Part shown: piece by piece, positions 1 through 6,146 of the stretch
Numbering within the stretch: the first letter of the stretch is position 1
Layout: each line of letters opens with the position of its first letter
IMG/VR virus record: IMGVR_UViG_3300045988_061988
Span: 1 to 38,333 of that record
Source of the DNA: a virus
Length of the DNA: 38,333 nucleotides
Reading direction: 5' to 3' (one strand)
The notes under the pieces: model-generated
What the model was told of the DNA's origin: nothing
Database searches by the model: none
What the model saw: the letters and a program-made list of their open reading frames with translations, nothing else
Made by a program: the position numbers and the translations under genes

Positions 1-55
1 ACATTACAAGATTTACAAAGGCAGTTCGGATATGGATTCAAAAGAGTTCTCCATC
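1..55. repeat. Terminal direct repeat, identical to 38279-38333 (circular-assembly overlap)
   Basis: The first 55 nt (acattacaagatttacaaaggcag...ctccatc) recur exactly as the last 55 nt of the window. Confidence 0.95.
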
Positions 56-157
56 CTTCTTGATGGATTGATTAGAGACTGCGAAGAACAGGGAATACCT
101 GTACTTACACCGGATGAGGTTGCAAAACTGAAGTACATAGAAATGAGGAAAAAATGA
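1..157 (+). CDS. 3' end of the wrap-around gene that starts at 37980; NinB/Orf-like recombination mediator (tentative)
   Basis: The reading frame of 37980..38333 continues through the repeat (codons phased from nt 2) to TGA at 155-157. The stop overlaps the next ATG (ATGA). Confidence 0.6.
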   Translation, partial: HYKIYKGSSDMDSKEFSILLDGLIRDCEEQGIPVLTPDEVAKLKYIEMRKK

Positions 158-471
158 CTGAGTATTGTATCATGCATGACGGCATGTTCTTCACGAATGA
201 ACACTGCTACAGATATTATTCAGAACGGGTATACGGAACGGTAAGACATGAAATTTTTTTTGGCACTGCCAACCGCAAAAAGTCAATCAAGTATGGTCTT
301 GTCGTATTCATCAAGCCTGAAGATCACAACATGAGCACATACGGTGTACATGGCAGCAAGGGCCACGAGTTCGACATGTATCTGAAAAAGCTTGGGCAGG
401 AAAGAGCGATGGACGAGTATGGATGGACTACAAGCGAGTTCATTGACATTTTCGGGAAAAACTATCTGTGA
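154..471 (+). CDS. Small His/Cys-containing protein, possibly a His-Me finger (HNH-like) nuclease of phage recombination modules
   Basis: ORF translationally coupled to the upstream gene. The motif HEIFFGTANRKKSIKYGLVVF...HN...GVHG...FGKNYL resembles a small family seen in Firmicutes phages; assignment is from memory only. Confidence 0.4.
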   Translation: MTEYCIMHDGMFFTNEHCYRYYSERVYGTVRHEIFFGTANRKKSIKYGLVVFIKPEDHNMSTYGVHGSKGHEFDMYLKKLGQERAMDEYGWTTSEFIDIFGKNYL

Positions 472-481
472 GGTGACTTAA

Positions 482-880
482 TTGTACAGAAAGTATCACA
501 ATACAAAGACGGTTGCTGACGGCATCAAGTTTGATTCAAAACTGGAAGCTGAACGGTATGCACAGCTAAAGATTCTGGAACGTGCGGGAGTTATAAGGGG
601 GTTGGAATTACAACCATCTTTTGAACTTTTGCCGTCATTCAGGAAGAATGGCAAGACATGGCGTAAAACCGTGTATAAAGCCGATTTCAGGTACATCTTG
701 TGTGAGGATGATATAACTATCATTGAAGACGTTAAAGGCTCTACAGCGGTAATTACGGACGTATTTCGGTTAAAGCAAAAATTGTTCGAATACAAATATC
801 CAGAGTACACAATCAGCATCGTTACGAGTAAAGACATCAAGAAGTTTCAAATAGAAACGAAAGTCGTCAAAATGTGTTGA
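482..880 (+). CDS. DUF1064-family protein (putative Holliday-junction resolvase/endonuclease)
   Basis: TTG start 6 nt after a GAGGTG RBS. The N-terminus KYHNTKTVADGIKFDSKLEAERYAQLK...ELQPSFEL...YKADF is the characteristic DUF1064 signature. Confidence 0.75.
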   Translation: MYRKYHNTKTVADGIKFDSKLEAERYAQLKILERAGVIRGLELQPSFELLPSFRKNGKTWRKTVYKADFRYILCEDDITIIEDVKGSTAVITDVFRLKQKLFEYKYPEYTISIVTSKDIKKFQIETKVVKMC

Positions 881-905
881 CTTAATCACGTTTTGATGAT
901 AATAT
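844..905 (+). promoter_or_regulatory. Early promoter cassette 1: dyad GTTTCAAATAGAAAC, -35 TTGACT, 17-nt spacer, TGa-TAATAT extended -10
   Basis: Dyad at 844-858, TTGACT at 877-882, TAATAT at 900-905 preceded by TGa. Same architecture as the cassettes at 1809, 3387 and 4972. Confidence 0.65.
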
Positions 906-930
906 TAGAGAGTAGTAATAAACTATAATG

Positions 931-1033
931 TCTGTTCAGTAGTTCGCACCTGCTGAGTGGGTAAACAACTGAATAGATACGAGAACTGTATGGCTTGATA
1001 GGGTGCGAAACTATTAAAGCTGTGCAGTTTTTT
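931..1033 (+). promoter_or_regulatory. Structured 5' leader ending in an intrinsic terminator-like hairpin upstream of the replication genes (attenuator or small RNA candidate)
   Basis: TCTGTTCAGT (931-940) pairs with ACTGAATAGA (968-977). AGTTCGCACC (941-950) is complementary to GGTGCGAAACT (1002-1012). AACTGTATGGCTT (984-996) pairs with AAGCTGTGCAGTT (1017-1029, three G-U wobbles) and runs into a T6 run ending at 1033. Confidence 0.5.
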
Positions 1034-1051
1034 CGTTAGAAAGGCAATCAC

Positions 1052-1807
1052 ATGATTGAAGATACAGAAAAGAAAGGAAGGAAAAACATGAACGAAAGCA
1101 GAGACTTCAAGGGCGTATGGATTCCAAAGAAAGTGTGGCTAGACACTAGGCTTAATGCACTTGATAAAGTTATTCTTATGGAAATTGACAGCTTAGACCA
1201 AGGTGAAAAGGGATGCTATGCAAGTAACGAGCATCTTGCAGAGTTCTGTCAATGCAGTAAAACGAAGGTATCGACTGCAATTTCAAAACTTATTGAATGT
1301 GGATACTTATACATTCAAAATTTTGATGGAAGAAAGCGAGAACTGAAAAGCAGACTTTCAAATTTTGAAAGGCAGAATATCAAAAAATGTAATGCTGATA
1401 TTCAAAATCTGAAAGAAAGTAATACAGTTAATAATACAGTTAATAATACAGTAAGTAATAAGAAAGAAAGAAAGAGCAAATCGAAATCGTATGATGAACA
1501 GATTGAAGAGTATACAGAAAATGAAGATTTACAGAATGCGTTGAAAGCATTCTTACAGATGAGGTCATTCATCAAGAAGCCTATGACAGAGTATGCTCTT
1601 AAACTTATGTTAAAGAAACTTGATGAAATAGGAAATACAGACGATGCAAAGATCGCTATTCTAAATCAGTCAATCACTAATAACTGGCAAGGTATCTTCC
1701 CATTGAAGGATGGAAATACAAAGCAGGAGAAACAACCAGAAAAGAAATACGACCAGAACGGTTATGAGTCTGAAGAAGAACTTATGAAAATGTTCTACGG
1801 TAAATAA
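1052..1807 (+). CDS. Replication initiator/organiser: N-terminal winged-helix HTH plus C-terminal DnaD-like domain
   Basis: WIPKKVWLDTRLNALDKVILMEIDSL...GCYASNEHLAEFCQCSKTKVSTAISKLIECGYLYI is HTH_36-like. The C-terminus LQNALKAFLQMR...MLKKLDEIG...AILNQSITNNWQGIF is DnaD-like. An alternative start is at 1088 (better RBS). Confidence 0.7.
   Translation: MIEDTEKKGRKNMNESRDFKGVWIPKKVWLDTRLNALDKVILMEIDSLDQGEKGCYASNEHLAEFCQCSKTKVSTAISKLIECGYLYIQNFDGRKRELKSRLSNFERQNIKKCNADIQNLKESNTVNNTVNNTVSNKKERKSKSKSYDEQIEEYTENEDLQNALKAFLQMRSFIKKPMTEYALKLMLKKLDEIGNTDDAKIAILNQSITNNWQGIFPLKDGNTKQEKQPEKKYDQNGYESEEELMKMFYGK
1420..1455. repeat. Tandem 12-bp repeats TAATACAGTTAA (about 3 copies), iteron-like, inside the initiator gene
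   Basis: taatacagttaa taatacagttaa taatacagtaag read directly. They encode the NTVNNTVNNTVSN linker. Confidence 0.8.
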
Positions 1808-1808
1808 T

Positions 1809-1869
1809 GTTTCAAAGAGAAACAAAATACGAAAAAAGTATCGAAATTACTTTCATGTTATGTTATTAT
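1809..1869 (+). promoter_or_regulatory. Early promoter cassette 2: dyad GTTTCAAAGAGAAAC, -35 TCGAAA, 17-nt spacer, TGt-TATTAT
   Basis: Dyad at 1809-1823, -35 at 1841-1846, -10 at 1864-1869. The A-rich AAAAAGTA precedes the -35 as in cassettes 3 and 4. Confidence 0.5.
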
Positions 1870-1902
1870 AACAATGCAAAGAGGAAAGGAAGACAAAAGA
1901 AC

Positions 1903-2139
1903 ATGAAAAGAAAAGAATGCGAGAAACAAATCAGAGACTTGATGGTTCAGATTCATGACGTTTACAGGAAGTACAATGCAGACGGAAAATATCTCAGCCT
2001 TGCCATCATGGGCGACACCTTAATGGCAAATAATATGGAATATACAGACGATGCAGATCATCCGTTGGACATATACTATGTTATCGAGCAGAGGGAAGAA
2101 GAAGCATGGATGACAACACAGAAGGAGACGACAATATGA
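1903..2139 (+). CDS. Hypothetical early protein (78 aa)
   Basis: ATG 1903 is preceded by the RBS agaggaaaggaag. The track start at 1807 lies inside the promoter cassette and is unlikely. Confidence 0.55.
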   Translation: MKRKECEKQIRDLMVQIHDVYRKYNADGKYLSLAIMGDTLMANNMEYTDDADHPLDIYYVIEQREEEAWMTTQKETTI

Positions 2140-2297
2140 AAACATTTTTCGAAGTGGCGTTTGAAGTTTTGGGATGCGCAGTATTGGTAATTGGAATGAT
2201 CACAATATTTGTTGGTGCGGTATTGCAGGAAAGCTACCGTCATTTGATTGATAAGGAGAAAGAAAATGACATTAGAAGAATTGTTAAAAATGTCTAA
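2136..2297 (+). CDS. Small membrane protein (one TM helix)
   Basis: RBS gaaggag precedes ATG 2136. The hydrophobic segment is FEVLGCAVLVIGMITIFVGAVL. Confidence 0.5.
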   Translation: MKTFFEVAFEVLGCAVLVIGMITIFVGAVLQESYRHLIDKEKENDIRRIVKNV

Positions 2298-2517
2298 ATT
2301 CATGGATATTGAAGAATTCAACAAGCTTTTAAAAAAGCAAAATAGAATTAGGAATCGTTTAACAAAAGTAAGCAATCTTATTGATGATGAAATAGATAGT
2401 CTAGAAGCACTAAGCGATGAGATTGGAAGCGACCGTTATAACAGACATCTAGAAAAGTTACAAGAACTTGAGAATGAACAAGTGAAATTATTGGAGAAAT
2501 TCAAAGCCACCATATAA
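2266..2517 (+). CDS. Hypothetical coiled-coil protein
   Basis: RBS aaggagaaag precedes ATG 2266. The sequence has heptad-like charged composition. Confidence 0.55.
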   Translation: MTLEELLKMSKFMDIEEFNKLLKKQNRIRNRLTKVSNLIDDEIDSLEALSDEIGSDRYNRHLEKLQELENEQVKLLEKFKATI

Positions 2518-2528
2518 AGAGTGGCTTT
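2503..2528 (+). promoter_or_regulatory. Conserved intercistronic hairpin (AAAGCCAC-N10-GTGGCTTT), copy 1
   Basis: An 8-bp stem enclosing the stop codon of the upstream ORF. The core CCACC..ATAAAGAGTGG is shared with 3828-3850. Confidence 0.5.
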
Positions 2529-2547
2529 TGCAGGAAGGACTGACAAC

Positions 2548-3384
2548 ATGAATATTTTTAAGAACGAAGAGCGGCCAACAGAAGAAGCAATCCAGAGGAT
2601 GTTAGAACATTGCGATGAAAGTGCTGAATACATCAAAGACAATATGATATACTGCAAAAAATGCAACGAGCCACGAAGAAAATGGTTGTCGGCAGTCGGG
2701 ATATATGTTCCTGTAATGTGTTCATGCTTGATTGCTGAAAATGACAGGAAGGAAGCAGAGAAAAAGAAGCAGGACAGACTGGCACGAATTGAAGGATATA
2801 GGAACACAGGCTTTCCTGACAGAGAACTTCAGAAATGCAGATTTGATCACGATGATCAGAAATCAAAGAAGGCTAGCGACATGTGCAGAAATTATGCCAG
2901 ACGGTTTGAGGACTTCAATAAAGCAGGAAAAGGGCTTATTCTTTTTGGCGGAGTTGGAACAGGCAAGACGTTTCTTGCTTCATGCATCGCAAATGAGTTG
3001 ATTGACAATGATGTGCCGTGTCTTGTAACGAATTTTGCACGAATCATCAATACCCTTCAGGGAATGTATGAAGGAAAGCAGAAATATCTGGACAGCCTGA
3101 ACGAGTTTGACCTTCTGGTGATTGATGATCTAGGGATTGAACGAAACACTGAATATGTTAACGAACTTGTGTATAATATCATTGATGCGAGATACAGAAG
3201 CGGAAAGCCAATGATTATCACAACGAATTTAAAATATTCGGACTTATACCATACAGAAGATACAAGCAAAGCCCGAATATACAGCCGTATTATTGAAATG
3301 TGCCTTCCTGTATTGGTAAGCGGTGAAGACAGACGAAAGAACAAAGCGCAGGATTCAAGGCTCATGGATATTTTGAACGGTTAA
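2548..3384 (+). CDS. DnaC/IstB-like AAA+ ATPase (helicase loader)
   Basis: Walker A LFGGVGTGKTFLASCIANEL, Walker B LLVIDDLGIE, and sensor region KPMIITTNL. Confidence 0.85.
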   Translation: MNIFKNEERPTEEAIQRMLEHCDESAEYIKDNMIYCKKCNEPRRKWLSAVGIYVPVMCSCLIAENDRKEAEKKKQDRLARIEGYRNTGFPDRELQKCRFDHDDQKSKKASDMCRNYARRFEDFNKAGKGLILFGGVGTGKTFLASCIANELIDNDVPCLVTNFARIINTLQGMYEGKQKYLDSLNEFDLLVIDDLGIERNTEYVNELVYNIIDARYRSGKPMIITTNLKYSDLYHTEDTSKARIYSRIIEMCLPVLVSGEDRRKNKAQDSRLMDILNG

Positions 3385-3386
3385 AT

Positions 3387-3448
3387 GTTTCAAAAAGAAA
3401 CAAAAAGCGCTAAAAAGTATTGTAATTATATACATATTATGATATTAT
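3387..3448 (+). promoter_or_regulatory. Early promoter cassette 3: dyad GTTTCAAAAAGAAAC, -35 TTGTAA, 17-nt spacer, TGa-TATTAT
   Basis: Dyad at 3387-3401, -35 at 3420-3425, -10 at 3443-3448. Confidence 0.6.
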
Positions 3449-3486
3449 AATAATGCAAAAGGAAAAAAGAAAGGAAAAAAAAGAAC

Positions 3487-3813
3487 ATGACAAACGAACA
3501 AATTATTTTCAACGAAGCAGTTGAACTTATGAAAAACGGAAAGATCGGAACCACAGGCAGACAGTTTGAGGTTGAGGATGAAAACGGCAACAAAACAATG
3601 CTCGATGAACCGGAAGACATTCATACATTCCAAGCATGGAAAAAGCTCGGCTATTGTGTTAAGAAAGGCGAGAAAGCTGTTGCACAGTTCCACATCTGGA
3701 AATGCGTATCAAAGGAAACTGAAAATAGCGAGGGAATGACCGAAGAACAGAAAAGAATGTTCATGAAAAAAGCAAGCTTCTTCAGCGCAAGCCAAGTGCA
3801 GGCAATGAATTAA
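3487..3813 (+). CDS. Small protein with an ArdC-N (DUF1738)-like ssDNA-binding motif (tentative)
   Basis: HTFQAWKKLGYCVKKGEKAVAQFHIW resembles the TFxQ(A/W)xxLGGxV(K/R)KGEKG core of the ArdC N-terminal domain. No protease domain is present. Confidence 0.35.
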   Translation: MTNEQIIFNEAVELMKNGKIGTTGRQFEVEDENGNKTMLDEPEDIHTFQAWKKLGYCVKKGEKAVAQFHIWKCVSKETENSEGMTEEQKRMFMKKASFFSASQVQAMN

Positions 3814-3827
3814 TGATATAAAGGCAA

Positions 3828-3850
3828 GCCCACCGCCATAAAGAGTGGGC
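3828..3850 (+). promoter_or_regulatory. Conserved intercistronic hairpin (GCCCAC-N11-GTGGGC), copy 2
   Basis: A 6-bp GC stem. The loop and 3' flank resemble copy 1 (..ATAAAGAGTGG...CAGnAAGGA). Confidence 0.45.
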
Positions 3851-3873
3851 ATTACAGAAAGGAAAGAAAAAAC

Positions 3874-4212
3874 ATGATAAACATTGGAACAATTAAAATT
3901 AAAACGTGGAATATTGAAGCAATGACAGGATATAAGCCACGCACAACATTCTATGAGGACTTCAGCATTGCAGACCATTTCGGAGGTCCTGCAATTCGAG
4001 ACACATATTGCAGAGCGTTCAACGCATGGCAGAACAATATTGAATACATGACAGAGCTTGTGATGGTCCTTAACTGGAAGATCGCAGAGCACTACAGAAA
4101 GAATGACAGACTTGCTGAAATGTATGACGAGCTTTGGCGCAAGGCTGACGAGTGGATGTATGACCATTTCGATGGTGAGGACTTACAGTATTTTATGAGA
4201 ACAACTGACTAG
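3874..4212 (+). CDS. Hypothetical protein (112 aa)
   Basis: RBS aaaggaaag precedes the ATG, and a terminator follows immediately. Confidence 0.6.
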   Translation: MINIGTIKIKTWNIEAMTGYKPRTTFYEDFSIADHFGGPAIRDTYCRAFNAWQNNIEYMTELVMVLNWKIAEHYRKNDRLAEMYDELWRKADEWMYDHFDGEDLQYFMRTTD

Positions 4213-4231
4213 GAAAGCCTAGTCTTTTTTT
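4207..4231 (+). terminator. Rho-independent terminator
   Basis: GACTAGG-aaag-CCTAGTC followed by T7. Confidence 0.8.
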
Positions 4232-4266
4232 ATCGAAAAAATTGCCAAAAAATGTCATGAAAACGT

Positions 4267-4295
4267 TTGACTTTTATATATTATAGTATTATAAT
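4267..4295 (+). promoter_or_regulatory. Sigma-A-type promoter (TTGACT, 17-nt spacer, TATAAT)
   Basis: Consensus-like hexamers at 4267-4272 and 4290-4295. The downstream leader resembles that of cassette 4. Confidence 0.7.
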
Positions 4296-4326
4296 ATAGA
4301 TGTAAAAAGAAAGAGAGATAAAAAAC

Positions 4327-4464
4327 ATGACAACAAAAGAAATCAAAGAATTAGCATTACAGATTCTAAACAGAAATGGTGAAACTGGAATTAAAAAGTC
4401 AGACTTTACAGTTAGACAGGCAAAGCAGTTGATCAAGGAATATAACTTAGGTTGGATGAAATAG
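4327..4464 (+). CDS. Small hypothetical protein (45 aa), not in the ORF track
   Basis: ATG 4327 after the RBS agagagat. Translation is MTTKEIKELALQILNRNGETGIKKSDFTVRQAKQLIKEYNLGWMK. It lies between a promoter and the next RBS. Confidence 0.5.
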   Translation: MTTKEIKELALQILNRNGETGIKKSDFTVRQAKQLIKEYNLGWMK

Positions 4465-4479
4465 AAAGGAAAAAAGAAC

Positions 4480-4626
4480 ATGACTGAAATTGTATGGCAA
4501 GAAATTAAGAAGAACGGAGAAATTGTTACAAAACAGAGAACATTCAAGACAGAGAAAGCCGCAGAAAAGTTCATTGAAAAATTGTATGATAAGGATAACT
4601 TTTACAATATTTTAGCTACAAGATAA
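4480..4626 (+). CDS. Small hypothetical protein (48 aa), not in the ORF track
   Basis: ATG 4480 after the RBS aaaggaaaa. Translation is MTEIVWQEIKKNGEIVTKQRTFKTEKAAEKFIEKLYDKDNFYNILATR. Confidence 0.5.
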   Translation: MTEIVWQEIKKNGEIVTKQRTFKTEKAAEKFIEKLYDKDNFYNILATR

Positions 4627-4642
4627 TAGGGAGGACAAGAAA

Positions 4643-4969
4643 ATGACAAACATGAACAACAGAGAATATTCAGCACTTATGAGTGCAGTAAATGAAATTA
4701 TGGAAGGCAGAACAGTTAATATTTATGAAAATTCAAGCTTTGGTGCAGAAGTAATAACATTCGGTGTGAACTGGTCAGCTTGTGGGACGCAGAACATCGA
4801 AGAAACAAAGAAATTTGTTGAGAAAATCAACAAGGCTTGTAAGATCGTGGAAAAGCTGAATGCAATGCAGATCATTGTAAACTATAAAGATGAAGAAAAG
4901 CCAGACAGAGAATCATACATGGCATTGATCACAAAGTATATGGAAGAATTACAGGCGATATTATATTAA
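4643..4969 (+). CDS. Hypothetical protein (108 aa)
   Basis: RBS tagggagga precedes the ATG. Confidence 0.6.
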   Translation: MTNMNNREYSALMSAVNEIMEGRTVNIYENSSFGAEVITFGVNWSACGTQNIEETKKFVEKINKACKIVEKLNAMQIIVNYKDEEKPDRESYMALITKYMEELQAILY

Positions 4970-4971
4970 AG

Positions 4972-5032
4972 GTTTCAAATAGAAACAAAAACTTACAAAA
5001 AGTATTGACATATTATTATAATATGGTAATAT
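4972..5032 (+). promoter_or_regulatory. Early promoter cassette 4: dyad GTTTCAAATAGAAAC, -35 TTGACA, 16-nt spacer, TGg-TAATAT
   Basis: Dyad at 4972-4986, TTGACA at 5005-5010, TAATAT at 5027-5032. Confidence 0.7.
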
Positions 5033-5062
5033 ATGGATGTAAAGAAAAGGAGATAAAAAAAT

Positions 5063-5659
5063 ATGAAAACAAGTAAAATTAGAGAACAATTATCTTATAG
5101 ACAATATAGAACTTATCATTATGTTGAAGAAATGCCTTCAAAAGAAAAATGGATGGTTGAACATGTGTCAGGTAGTTACGAAATTGAATCGTTAAGAAAG
5201 CCGATTGCATTTGAAGAAGTCGGGAAACCGAACTATGATGATATAGAATGGTATGACAAATTCGGAGTAAAATCATCAAATGTTGATTATACTTATGATC
5301 CAGATGATTATAAGTATTACAAAGTGACTTATGAAATTATCAATATTGATGATGAATACAATGATATGATTGAATCTTTTGAGGATTATGAATATGTTTA
5401 TACAGATAAGTATGTTGAGTATGATGTTTATAAATTCGAGCAAGACATCGCAGAAATGGCTGTTGACATCAAACATGTTTGGAGTTTTGATGATTATGAA
5501 GAATACTATGGCGACTGTTATCCTGATGAAGTAGAAAAAATTAAAACATCAATTGAAGCGGACAGTTTAAACCGCGAATTAAAAGCTGAAGAATACAGAG
5601 ATTATTTAGCTGATATTAGAGAGGTTTTTGATAGCTATGCTAGAAGCTATAAAGAATAA
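5063..5659 (+). CDS. Highly acidic Asp/Glu/Tyr-rich protein (198 aa); DNA-mimic-like composition
   Basis: RBS aaaggagat. Long D/E/Y-rich tracts (DYTYDPDDYKYY..., DDEYNDMIESFEDYEYVY...). Confidence 0.6.
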   Translation: MKTSKIREQLSYRQYRTYHYVEEMPSKEKWMVEHVSGSYEIESLRKPIAFEEVGKPNYDDIEWYDKFGVKSSNVDYTYDPDDYKYYKVTYEIINIDDEYNDMIESFEDYEYVYTDKYVEYDVYKFEQDIAEMAVDIKHVWSFDDYEEYYGDCYPDEVEKIKTSIEADSLNRELKAEEYRDYLADIREVFDSYARSYKE

Positions 5660-5681
5660 ATAAAATGGGAAGGCAAAAAAA

Positions 5682-5888
5682 ATGGAATATAACAAAGAAA
5701 ATTACAAAGGAAGAAGAATCAGGTTGTATCCAAATGATACATACATGAAAAAAGGAATTATCACAAATGTGGATGATTTAGGATTTACAATATTGATCAC
5801 AGAAGCTGATGAGCGGTCAGTCTACAGAGTAGGCAATGCTTGTTTCTTCAATCATGCAACAAATCTCACATTCTTATTTCTAGATTAG
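5682..5888 (+). CDS. Hypothetical protein (68 aa)
   Basis: ORF with an upstream gggaagg RBS, in a tightly packed operon. Confidence 0.5.
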   Translation: MEYNKENYKGRRIRLYPNDTYMKKGIITNVDDLGFTILITEADERSVYRVGNACFFNHATNLTFLFLD

Positions 5889-5906
5889 CGAAGGGGGTAC
5901 TAGCGT

Positions 5907-6146
5907 ATGTGGATTAGAAGCCAGCACGGAAAGTTTTTTACAGATTGCGACTATTTCGAAGTTGAAAGATTTCATGGACAATATGGTGTGATTACTTTAA
6001 ATAATAGAAGTGACATTAGTGTTGCCTTGGGTATATATTCCAGTGAAAAAAAAGCTTTAAAGGTATTAGATGAAATTCAAAAGCGAACAGAATATATATA
6101 CCCTAAAGCATTCCAAATGCCACAAGATGAGGAGGTAGAAGTATGA
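5907..6146 (+). CDS. Hypothetical protein (79 aa)
   Basis: RBS gaaggggg precedes the ATG. Confidence 0.55.
   Translation: MWIRSQHGKFFTDCDYFEVERFHGQYGVITLNNRSDISVALGIYSSEKKALKVLDEIQKRTEYIYPKAFQMPQDEEVEV

Noticed and set aside
1-55. The terminal 55-nt repeat as a biological direct terminal repeat or cos region
   Set aside because: An intact gene reads straight through it, and its length equals a common assembler k-mer. The HNH plus HK97-type terminase arrangement predicts cos near 11.6-15.2 kb instead.
1807-1902. N-terminal extension MFQRET... of the 1807-2139 ORF, and the recurring ATGTTTCAAAAAGAAA read as a conserved MFQKE leader peptide (also at 3385, 17286, 35318)
   Set aside because: The ATG is absent from the copies at 844 and 4972. 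The downstream reading frames are not conserved, and no RBS precedes them. The conservation is better explained at the DNA/RNA level (dyad plus promoter cassette).
3709-4167. 152-aa minus-strand ORF, and similar long antisense ORFs at 496-840, 2436-2807, 4281-4574, 9439-9801, 13219-13668, 16083-16544, 19704-20087, 22560-22964, 36231-36605 and 37483-37995
   Set aside because: All lie antisense to + strand genes with strong family signatures or RBS-coupled operon structure. They lack RBSs and have low-complexity Ser/Phe/Leu/Ile-rich translations typical of shadow frames in AT-rich DNA.
844-5032. The repeated cassettes as a CRISPR-like array or MITE copies
   Set aside because: Spacing is irregular (about 1-1.6 kb). 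The intervening sequence is protein-coding, the units contain promoter hexamers, and there are no terminal inverted repeats or target-site duplications.
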